NCBI GenBank assembly: GCA_049325535.1 | Contig: JBMOKY010000001.1 | Location: 422,611 to 486,610 of the forward strand | Length of the DNA: 64,000 nucleotides | Source: Patescibacteria group bacterium | Lineage (GTDB): Bacteria > Patescibacteriota > Patescibacteriia > UBA10025 > JAHIVO01 | Reading direction: 5' to 3' | Part shown: in pieces, positions 19,593-27,106 of the stretch | Numbering within the stretch: position 1 is the stretch's first letter | Layout: every line of letters starts with the position of its first letter | Made by a program: the position numbers and the translations under genes | Notes under the pieces: generated by a model | Databases searched by the model: none | The model's input: only the letters and a program-made list of their open reading frames with translations | What the model was told of the DNA's origin: nothing

Positions 19593-21944
19593 ATGGCCGT
19601 GACGCACCACAATTCGCCGCACATTTCAACATCCCGTAAACCAGCCGGGCATACTGGCGTGCCTCGTGAAAATGTCATTGATCTGCGCGCGGTGCGGCGG
19701 GCGGAGATGCAGCATATCGATTTACCCCAGCCAGCTCTTCGCGAACGGCTGGCACAACGTTTTCAGGATTGGCGCACCCGCCGGCAGAGCCGGCGGCAGC
19801 ATCGGCATGCTGAGCGAGCGATGCGTGAACACGTCATCGTCTCGCGTGCGCACGAGCAACCGTCTACACCAATCGTATTTTCCGGCACAAGCAAAACCGC
19901 GCCATCCTCGGCTGTGTCGGCTCATGACCGTGCGGATTTGCCAGCACCATCCACCCGGATTCGGAGGGGATTTGCTCTGGTACCCGGCTGGCCACGCCGA
20001 TTAGCGTGGTTTGCCGCCATGTGCCTGGTGCTGCTCATACCCGTTGTCGGTACTTCGGTTTATCGCCAGGTAGTGGAGGCGAAAGGTGTGGTACTGGGTA
20101 TTTCTTCCGATGCCTATGGCGATTTGCGACAGGCCGGGAGCGCCGCGGGAAATGCGGATTTCGCTGAGGCGGCTGACCAGTTCAGAGCTGCCGCTGAAGC
20201 ATTTACCGTCGCTCAAGGCGAGCTGGATTCAGCGGGCGGTATCCTGACGACGGTAGCCGGCGCTATACCGGGTAAGGTGCAGAGCGCCGAGTCTCTTCTG
20301 GATGCCGGTAAATACCTCAGTCAGGCGGGCGCTACCGTCAGCCAGCTGATTCACAGCCTAGCCGGCGTCAGCGCCGATCCTGCCGATACCGAACATTCGT
20401 CATTGACCACGTATTTAGCTATTGCCCGGGACAGTATGGAGCCGGTTGCGGCGGACGTGGATGCCGCAGTCACTGCGCTTCAGGCGGTGCGATTGAAGGA
20501 TTTGCCGGATGAGTATCAGCGACCGATCAGCACGCTCCAGCAGTCGCTTCCCATTGTTCGTGATCGTCTCACCGACTTCAGTCAGCTCTCCGATGCGCTA
20601 CTCTATATACTGGGTGACGATGCTCCCCGGCGGTATGTGTTGGCTTTTCAGAATAACCGTGAACTCCGGCCGACCGGTGGATTTATCGGATCCGTCGCGC
20701 TCGTGGACATCAGCCGCGGTAGCATAGAAAATATCGAGGTCCCTGGCGGCGGCGTCTATGATATTGCCGGGCAGCTGCAGGAAAAATTGATTGCTCCGAA
20801 GCCGCTTTGGCTGGTCAATCCGCACTGGAATATACAGGACAGTAATTGGTTTCCGGATTTTCCCGCGTCAGCAAAAAAAATGATGTGGTTTTTTGAGCGT
20901 ACGGGTGGTACCTCGGTGGATGGGGTGCTGACGCTGACGCCGACCGTCATCGAGCGGATGCTGGACATTACCGGACCCATCGATATGCAGGCCGACTATG
21001 GCATTACTGTCACTGCCGACAATTTCGTCAGGGAAGCGCAGACTTTTGCCGAAATAACCTATGACCGTGACGAAAACCAACCGAAGAAATTCATCGGCGA
21101 TCTGGTGCCGATTATCCTCAATCGGGTTTTTCACGCTGACACTGAAACGCTGACATCGGTGGTGGACGTGCTCATCGGCTCGTTGCAGGATCACAATATG
21201 CTACTGTATTTTTCTGATGCTCCGGTGCAGTCCCGAATCGCTGAGTATGGCTGGGACGGGGGAGTGCGGCAGGCGTCGGATGACTATCTGTACGTGGTCA
21301 ATACAAATATCGCCGGCGGCAAGACTGACCATGTCATCGATCAGTTTATCAGGCATGATACAACCATTTCAGCGGACGGAAGCGTGATCGATACCGTCTC
21401 ATTGACGCGAGTCCATCGCGGCAGCCCGGTAGATGCGTTTGATGGGCAGGCGAATGTTTCGTATGTCCGCTTCTATGTGCCCCAGGGGAGCACGCTTATT
21501 TCAGCTGAGGGATTTGATCGGATTCCCGCCAGCCGATTCCACCAGCCAGATCTGGATGCCCAAGCGGACACCGATCTCCAGTTAGTAGAGCGCAATGCCA
21601 CTCTGCACGAGCAGAGTGATACCCGCATCACGCAGGAATTCGGCAAGACGGCGTTTGGCAATTGGATCAGCATCGATCCGGGCGAATCACAAACCGTGAC
21701 GATACGATACCGTTTGCCGCAGCAGATTCATGTCGGCGGGTTTATCAATACTACGGACACCTATTCACTCTATGTCCAGTCCCAGCCTGGCACGCACTCG
21801 TCCGCATTTATTCATACGGTCGCGCTTCCAGAAAAGATGAAACTTCGCTGGGCTTCGGCTGACGCTCAAATCGCCGACCGTACCATCAGCTTTAGCGTCG
21901 ATCTGGACACTGACCGCCAGTTTTCCATATTGCTTGATAAATAA
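19593..21944 (+). CDS. DUF4012-domain membrane-anchored protein
   Basis: YVLAFQNNRELRPTGGFIGS, DSNWFPDFP, VDGV, NTNIAGGKTD. Confidence 0.88.
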   Translation: MAVTHHNSPHISTSRKPAGHTGVPRENVIDLRAVRRAEMQHIDLPQPALRERLAQRFQDWRTRRQSRRQHRHAERAMREHVIVSRAHEQPSTPIVFSGTSKTAPSSAVSAHDRADLPAPSTRIRRGFALVPGWPRRLAWFAAMCLVLLIPVVGTSVYRQVVEAKGVVLGISSDAYGDLRQAGSAAGNADFAEAADQFRAAAEAFTVAQGELDSAGGILTTVAGAIPGKVQSAESLLDAGKYLSQAGATVSQLIHSLAGVSADPADTEHSSLTTYLAIARDSMEPVAADVDAAVTALQAVRLKDLPDEYQRPISTLQQSLPIVRDRLTDFSQLSDALLYILGDDAPRRYVLAFQNNRELRPTGGFIGSVALVDISRGSIENIEVPGGGVYDIAGQLQEKLIAPKPLWLVNPHWNIQDSNWFPDFPASAKKMMWFFERTGGTSVDGVLTLTPTVIERMLDITGPIDMQADYGITVTADNFVREAQTFAEITYDRDENQPKKFIGDLVPIILNRVFHADTETLTSVVDVLIGSLQDHNMLLYFSDAPVQSRIAEYGWDGGVRQASDDYLYVVNTNIAGGKTDHVIDQFIRHDTTISADGSVIDTVSLTRVHRGSPVDAFDGQANVSYVRFYVPQGSTLISAEGFDRIPASRFHQPDLDAQADTDLQLVERNATLHEQSDTRITQEFGKTAFGNWISIDPGESQTVTIRYRLPQQIHVGGFINTTDTYSLYVQSQPGTHSSAFIHTVALPEKMKLRWASADAQIADRTISFSVDLDTDRQFSILLDK

Positions 21945-22010
21945 ATAAGCTATCAGCGTGTATCTGAAGCCAATACATATTTTGGCTATTTTTAGCATTA
22001 AAAAAATAAT

Positions 22011-22019
22011 TGTGGATAA
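22011..22019 (-). promoter_or_regulatory. Single consensus DnaA box in AT-rich DNA
   Basis: TGTGGATAA is the reverse complement of TTATCCACA; only one intergenic copy was seen. Confidence 0.35.
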
Positions 22020-22070
22020 CTTTTTTTCTATTATTAGCCAAAAAAAGCAATATACCTCCTGATAGACCCC

Positions 22071-22099
22071 TTGACCCATAAACCATATAGGTATATGAT
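22071..22099 (+). promoter_or_regulatory. Sigma70-type promoter at the head of the accessory island
   Basis: TTGACC, 17 nt, TATGAT. Confidence 0.7.
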
Positions 22100-22250
22100 A
22101 GTTCGTTACGCTATTGATTCTTTTACATCACATATAAACTCTTTGAGGAGAGAGTCACCGCAAACGCCGGTGGAAATGCGTTTGGTACAAGCCATGAATA
22201 GCGTACTATCGTAGTATTGCGCTCAATTATTACAACGACCAATAACTCAA

Positions 22251-22293
22251 GCAAAAAACGTCTCTCCCTCAAACACGGAAAGACGTTTTTTGT
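22251..22293 (+). terminator. Leader terminator (putative attenuator)
   Basis: GCAAAAAACGTCTCTCC-loop-GGAAAGACGTTTTTTGT. Its 5' arm and loop can alternatively pair with 22142-22154. Confidence 0.65.
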
Positions 22294-22389
22294 AAACTTG
22301 AAAACTCCTTTCAAAAAGTAGTTTTCAATGCTTTCCGCAAAGCAGTAGTATCGCTCGCCCGACATAAAGTCGATGCTCGCGATGCTCCA

Positions 22390-22552
22390 ATAGTTTGTAC
22401 TTAGGGAAAAGGAGGACGAGTAATGGGTGCCACTCTGAGATAGTCGTGATCCGGTTTCGACTGGAACATAACTACCTCTGGCACTCGGTGCGTCGGTTAC
22501 TTCGGTGACTAAAGGCGCGCCTCTCGAATCCTTCTCCCTACATACAAATTGT
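22390..22552 (+). ncRNA. Three-way-junction RNA motif, copy A
   Basis: P1 (ATAGTTTGTA..TAGGGAAAAGGA..CGAG / CTCG..TCCTTCTCCCTA..TACAAATTGT), P2 at 22425-22486, and P3 at 22487-22521 with an AAA bulge. Confidence 0.6.
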
Positions 22553-22615
22553 CCTTCTATATCCTCCACATATCTGCTTCTAGGCCTCCCGAACATCTCT
22601 AATGTTCTCGAGGCC

Positions 22616-22665
22616 TCCTTTCTCCAGCGGTTAACGAGTTTTCTCATTAATTACTGAAGAAAGGA
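22616..22665 (+). repeat. Conserved intergenic hairpin repeat, copy 1
   Basis: tcctTTCTCCAGCGgttaacgagttttctcattaattaCTGAAGAAagga. Confidence 0.9.
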
Positions 22666-22687
22666 AAAGAAAAAAAGGGTGTAAAAA

Positions 22688-22912
22688 ATGAAAAACCTTA
22701 AAAAAGCTCTTTACAACTGGTCTATACCAGTTTCCATTTCCCTAATCAGCATGTTACTTGCTGGTTGCACGATGGAAACGATCCTTGCAGTTTCATTACC
22801 TGGAGCAGTAATTTGCTTCGTCATTACTACGATTCTCTATATAAAGGTAATCGAAGCTGCAGTAATACTAGTAGTACTGTTGATTACAACATTTGCAAGA
22901 CACGCTATGTAG
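22688..22912 (+). CDS. 74-aa hydrophobic membrane protein
   Basis: Purine-rich AAGGG upstream of the ATG; nearly all hydrophobic; LLAGC resembles a lipobox. Confidence 0.7.
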   Translation: MKNLKKALYNWSIPVSISLISMLLAGCTMETILAVSLPGAVICFVITTILYIKVIEAAVILVVLLITTFARHAM

Positions 22913-22989
22913 TTTTGCAAAAAAATCGCTACTTTTATCCTCCACATCTGCCTTAGGCCACCCGAACATCTCAAATGTATCCCGTGGCC

Positions 22990-23039
22990 TCCTTTCTCCA
23001 GCGGTTAACGAGTTTTCTCATTAATTGCTGAAGAAGGGA
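22990..23039 (+). repeat. Conserved intergenic hairpin repeat, copy 2
   Basis: tcctTTCTCCAGCGgttaacgagttttctcattaattgCTGAAGAAggga. Confidence 0.9.
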
Positions 23040-23081
23040 AATATGTTCATTGAGAGATCACAATCAAAATCGGAGGAAATC

Positions 23082-23600
23082 ATGAAGTTCGTATTCTTCG
23101 CCATCGGTATCATCGCGCTTATAGCTCTGGGTATCATTGCCCTAGTCGCCGAATACACATTCGATTCAGAGTGCGGCAACTATCTGAAGTTGGCCGGTGA
23201 TGCGCCAACTGTCGAAAAAGCCGATGAATTTCTCGGCTATGCGATTGGTTACATCGAGCGTGAGCGTCTCACCACGGGGAATAGTGGCGTCATTTTCAGA
23301 AGCTACCCCACCAATGACCTAGCCATCTGGTACGGTCAGATCAAGGGTGCGAAGCAAACTACCGAAAGCATCATTGATCGGACGAAGTCTGATTCTGCCT
23401 CAGTGTCGCAGTTGGAGCGCGACAACGCCCTGATGAAAATCAGGGAGGTTGTCCTCGACCAGGACGAGAAGGGAACGTCGGTGACGCATCCTGACTGGAT
23501 CATTTTCTATCCGAGTCAGGTGCTCTACTGGTTTGTATTCTGGATCGCCCTTATCGCGGTCGGGATATGTGTCATCGCGTTCATTGTTGGGTATAACTGA
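23082..23600 (+). CDS. 172-aa protein with N- and C-terminal TM helices around a soluble domain
   Basis: GGAGG Shine-Dalgarno 5 nt before ATG 23082; an alternative in-frame ATG lies at 23043. Confidence 0.85.
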   Translation: MKFVFFAIGIIALIALGIIALVAEYTFDSECGNYLKLAGDAPTVEKADEFLGYAIGYIERERLTTGNSGVIFRSYPTNDLAIWYGQIKGAKQTTESIIDRTKSDSASVSQLERDNALMKIREVVLDQDEKGTSVTHPDWIIFYPSQVLYWFVFWIALIAVGICVIAFIVGYN

Positions 23601-23650
23601 GATTGTGACGAACGTGATCATGGCGAGGGACGTTCTATCCGTTCCTCGCC

Positions 23651-23700
23651 TCCTTTCTCCAGCGATTGATGGGTGATCTCATTGATTGCTGAAGAAAGAA
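23651..23700 (+). repeat. Conserved intergenic hairpin repeat, copy 3
   Basis: tcctTTCTCCAGCGattgatgggtgatctcattgattgCTGAAGAAagaa. Confidence 0.9.
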
Positions 23701-23733
23701 ATCGCACGTTTACTAGTGAATAAGGGGCTAGTC

Positions 23734-24216
23734 ATGAAAACACTTTTAGGATTCGGAATCGCTTTTGCTGGTGCTGGCGTCGGGGTATTTGTCACTTACT
23801 TGTTTGGCCTTGCCTATGGCCTGCCACTCAAGTGGAGTGACATGACGTCGCACGAAAACCTGCCATTTATGGCAGTGGCGATCGTCGGTTGCCTCGCAAC
23901 CACTATCATCCGTGAGCTGTTTGGGCGGGTTATCGGCGGTCCGTTTTCAAGAACGGTTGACATGAATCGTTGGGCCGCCATTACGGCATGGTCGCTCGTC
24001 CTCGTCATATTGGTTAATCTGTACATACTTCCGTATAGCGGGTCGAGCTTCTGGGCCATGTCGCTCGTGGTTGGAAATTTTCTTCCGATGCTGCTGTACA
24101 ACGATTTGGAAAAAAGCATCGGGACAAAAAAGCAGTTTGCCCTGCAAACCCTCGGAGTCTCGGTACTCATGCTACTGGCCGCATACGCCGTCGCATGGGT
24201 ACATGTACAGCTCTAG
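23734..24216 (+). CDS. 160-aa polytopic membrane protein (about 5 TM)
   Basis: AAGGGG Shine-Dalgarno before ATG 23734; multiple hydrophobic segments. Confidence 0.8.
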   Translation: MKTLLGFGIAFAGAGVGVFVTYLFGLAYGLPLKWSDMTSHENLPFMAVAIVGCLATTIIRELFGRVIGGPFSRTVDMNRWAAITAWSLVLVILVNLYILPYSGSSFWAMSLVVGNFLPMLLYNDLEKSIGTKKQFALQTLGVSVLMLLAAYAVAWVHVQL

Positions 24217-24278
24217 CCTAGCCTAGTTTGTTCGAGAAGGTGAATGTCACAAAGACATATATCTCACCTTCTCGAACA

Positions 24279-24324
24279 CCTTCTCCAGCGCAGTACGGGT
24301 AATCTCATACTGTGCTGAAGAAGG
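24279..24324 (+). repeat. Conserved intergenic hairpin repeat, copy 4
   Basis: ccTTCTCCAGCGcagtacgggtaatctcatactgtgCTGAAGAAgg; compensatory changes relative to copies 1-3. Confidence 0.88.
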
Positions 24325-24342
24325 AACATTCAAAAAAAACTT

Positions 24343-24482
24343 ATCACCGAAATGGAGGGGTAGTCTGGTGTACACCTGGCATATGCTGCGCGGTACCCAC
24401 TGCGTTATGTGCCTGGATATACCGTTGTCCGTCAGTCCAATTTATTGGGCAAAGGCGGGCGGCTCGCCTCCACTTCGGTGGT
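24343..24482 (+). ncRNA. Three-way-junction RNA motif, copy B (5' UTR of the ORF at 24526)
   Basis: P1 ATCACCGAAATGGAGG/CCTCCACTTCGGTGGT, P2 at 24367-24423, and P3 at 24424-24463 with an AAA bulge. Confidence 0.6.
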
Positions 24483-24525
24483 TAGATAGAACACGATCTT
24501 CGACAAAAAAAGAAAGGAAGGTATT

Positions 24526-24984
24526 ATGGAAATACCCCAGGAATATCATATCATTAGAATACTGGTGAATACCGGTATTCTGGCGCTGCCGTGGCTGAAG
24601 CTGCGGTCGCACCACTTCCAGGACCATTTCTGGAAGTCACCGGAAAACCGCGCCGGGTGGACGGCCTGGCTGCTGATACTGAATCTGGTGCTGGTCTGGC
24701 TGCCATTGCCGGACATCAATTACCAGTGGCCGTCAGTCGGAGGGTGGTGGGAGAACTTCGTCTCCTACTACATCACTGACGCGGTCAATCGCGTCGTAGG
24801 CTACTTCTTCTGCTATGCTGGAGGAGGAGCGCTACTGGCCATCTTCGGGGTCGGTTGGGCTGCTGGATTTCATCGCAATGCGGTGGGATTTGAGCGGACT
24901 GCCGCCAAGCTGTTTATCATCCTCGTGGGAATCGTTGCTGGCGGCTTCATAACCTTCTTCCCCTGGTGGTTTCCGGGGAACTGA
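24526..24984 (+). CDS. 152-aa Trp-rich membrane protein
   Basis: AGAAAGGAAGG Shine-Dalgarno upstream; 3-4 hydrophobic segments. Confidence 0.8.
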   Translation: MEIPQEYHIIRILVNTGILALPWLKLRSHHFQDHFWKSPENRAGWTAWLLILNLVLVWLPLPDINYQWPSVGGWWENFVSYYITDAVNRVVGYFFCYAGGGALLAIFGVGWAAGFHRNAVGFERTAAKLFIILVGIVAGGFITFFPWWFPGN

Positions 24985-25110
24985 CCACCACTTTCGGAAG
25001 GGGAGCGTATGCAGGTATTCACGATTGTTGTATAACGATTGTGAATCGGCTGCGCTCCCCCTCATTCTCGAACGTATGATCAATCATATGCTCGCGCGTG
25101 GGACGCGATA

Positions 25111-25139
25111 TTGACAATATATCTTCTTGCGGTTATAGC
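25111..25139 (+). promoter_or_regulatory. Putative promoter for a downstream non-coding RNA
   Basis: TTGACA, 17 nt, TATAGC. Confidence 0.5.
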
Positions 25140-25145
25140 TACTTA

Positions 25146-25422
25146 TGTGCTCACTCTGGTGGGCACCGAAAAAGCTGCCGATGAGTTTTTAAAAGACGGC
25201 GCATCACTTCTTTTTGAGGAAAACTCTCTCCTCAATGCCCTCAATTATTTGAAGGCATATCTCAAAAAGTAGTACCCATGCGTTGTCGCTTGTCGGCAGC
25301 TTTTTGGTTTGCTATAAAGAACTGCTTGTGCAGCATTATTTGCGGGCCCACTCGCTTTCCCGTCAGGGCAACCTGGAGGTCCTTCGTATGACTTAGGATG
25401 GTTTGCTTTTACAAACCATTTT
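25146..25422 (+). ncRNA. Putative structured small RNA
   Basis: Long interrupted hairpin at 25165-25308, a CAGG-GCAA-CCTG GNRA hairpin, and a terminator-like ATGGTTTG/CAAACCAT-TTT at 25398-25422; no substantial ORF. Confidence 0.5.
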
Positions 25423-25448
25423 ACGACACACTAATTATATAAATAGAC

Positions 25449-25477
25449 TTGATTTTTGAAGAAAAAGTTGTTATAAT
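25449..25477 (+). promoter_or_regulatory. murJ promoter (near-leaderless transcript)
   Basis: TTGATT, 17 nt, then TATAAT with TGn, 9 nt before the ATG. Confidence 0.75.
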
Positions 25478-25486
25478 TTTTTCATT

Positions 25487-27106
25487 ATGTTCAGCAGGAT
25501 TTGGCATAAATTAACCACCACCCTTACCGGTGGTGCAATTATTATCGCAGTGGCCTCGGTCGCAAGTCGGTTGATTGGATTGGTGCGAGATCGGCTGCTT
25601 GCCACACAGTTTGGAGCGGGAGATAGCCTGGACGTGTATTATGCCGCCTTTCGTATTCCGGATTTAGTTTTTAATGTTTTGGTTCTCGGCGCCTTGTCCG
25701 CGGCTTTTATACCGGTATTTGTCCAGTACATTGAGCGTGCTAAGGCTGGTACGCAGCAGAAGGAAGAGGTCTGGTATTTGGTAAATTCACTTCTGAATAT
25801 CTTATTGATCGGACTGTGTGTATTTGGCGCGGTTCTTTTTATTTTCGCTCCGCAGATTGTACCTCTGATTGCTCCCGGTTTTGATCCAGAGAAACGACTG
25901 ATGGTGGTGCAGATGACGCGTATTATGTTGGTATCGATACTCTTTTTCGGTGCGAGCAACATCATGACTGGCATTCTCAATTCCTTCAAACGGTATGTCA
26001 ATTTTGCGTTTGCGCCGGTACTGTATAATTTTGGCATTATTATCGGTATTTACGCCTTGGTGCCTCACTATGGTGTATACGGCCTGGCCTATGGTGTGGT
26101 GGTCGGTTCGTTTTTGCATATGGCGATTCAGCTTCCCGGCGTATTCCGCCTCGGCTATCGCTACCGTTTTGTGGCGGATCGGAAGCATCCCGGTGTTCGC
26201 GAAATCGGCCGGTTGATGGTACCGCGGACGTTTGGACTGGCGGTCAATCAAATCGACCAGTTGGTGAGCGTGATTATTGGTTCGACACTGGCGGTCGGTT
26301 CGGTAACGATTTTCAATTTTGCAAACAATCTTCAACATTTTCCTATCAGCGTGTTTGGCGTTTCTTTGGCTGTGGCTTCGTACCCATTTTTTAGCGAGGC
26401 ATCTGCTCGAAAAGATGGGGAGATGTTTGTCGTCCACTTTTCCACGACACTGCGGCGGATACTTTTTCTCATCATCCCCACGTCGGTATTGATTTTGCTG
26501 CTTCGGGCTCAGATTGTCCGAGTGGTACTCGGCGCCGGGGCATTTGACTGGAATGACACCTATTTGACCGCACAGACGTTGGGTTTTTTTGCCATATCGT
26601 TATTCGCACAGAGTACCATTCCGCTATTGACGCGCTCATTTTATGCCTGGCATGATACGAAAACTCCAGTCAAGGTCGGCTTGCTGAGCGTCGGCGCGAA
26701 TATCCTCGGCGCGTATATTCTCAGTCGTATATTTGGCGTGATCGGACTGGGTGTTTCGTATTCTATCGCCAGCATCATACAGATGGCCGTTTTGTTCTGG
26801 CTATTGAGACGGCAGCGTGGGTATCTCGACGACCGGAAAATAATATACTCTGTGACTAAAATAGTCCTGATTAGCGCCATGATGGGCGCCATCGTCATCG
26901 GCGCAAAATATGTACTGGCGCTCGGGGTGAACATGCAGTCGTTTGTCGGTATTTTCATCCAGGGGATGGGCGCGGGAATAGTCGGGCTGGTCAGCTATAT
27001 GGTTTTAGCGTTCGTGTTCCGCTGCGATGAAATCACGATAATTACTCAATGGATTCAGAAAGCCCGGCTGCAATTATTTAATGGAAAGACTCCTGCCCAT
27101 GACTAG
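25487..27106 (+). CDS. murJ: Lipid II flippase MurJ (MviN)
   Basis: SRLIGLVRD, AAFRIPD, GALSAAFIPVF, PVLYN, RSFYAWHDTKTPV. Confidence 0.95.
   Translation: MFSRIWHKLTTTLTGGAIIIAVASVASRLIGLVRDRLLATQFGAGDSLDVYYAAFRIPDLVFNVLVLGALSAAFIPVFVQYIERAKAGTQQKEEVWYLVNSLLNILLIGLCVFGAVLFIFAPQIVPLIAPGFDPEKRLMVVQMTRIMLVSILFFGASNIMTGILNSFKRYVNFAFAPVLYNFGIIIGIYALVPHYGVYGLAYGVVVGSFLHMAIQLPGVFRLGYRYRFVADRKHPGVREIGRLMVPRTFGLAVNQIDQLVSVIIGSTLAVGSVTIFNFANNLQHFPISVFGVSLAVASYPFFSEASARKDGEMFVVHFSTTLRRILFLIIPTSVLILLLRAQIVRVVLGAGAFDWNDTYLTAQTLGFFAISLFAQSTIPLLTRSFYAWHDTKTPVKVGLLSVGANILGAYILSRIFGVIGLGVSYSIASIIQMAVLFWLLRRQRGYLDDRKIIYSVTKIVLISAMMGAIVIGAKYVLALGVNMQSFVGIFIQGMGAGIVGLVSYMVLAFVFRCDEITIITQWIQKARLQLFNGKTPAHD

Larger units (their letters stand above)
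22106..22687 (+). ncRNA. Long structured leader or ncRNA of unknown class
   Basis: Continuous run of hairpins with G-U pairs and two TTCG tetraloops; no plus-strand ORF of 60 aa or more in the track. Confidence 0.55.

Noticed and set aside
22123-22647. 174-aa minus-strand ORF
   Set aside because: It has no recognisable motifs and lies antisense to a promoter-led, hairpin-dense leader. Probably spurious, though not excluded.
22616-24324. CRISPR array interpretation of the four hairpin repeats
   Set aside because: Spacing is about 370-660 bp with whole genes in between, repeat interiors vary, and no cas genes are in the window.
22616-24324. Classical integron attC sites
   Set aside because: No consistent RYYYAAC...GTTRRRY ends or extrahelical-base pattern, and no intI in the window; kept only as an analogy.
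22616-24324. Repeats as ordinary intrinsic terminators
   Set aside because: No U-tract follows them on the coding strand, and their stems are much longer and more length-conserved than terminators need.
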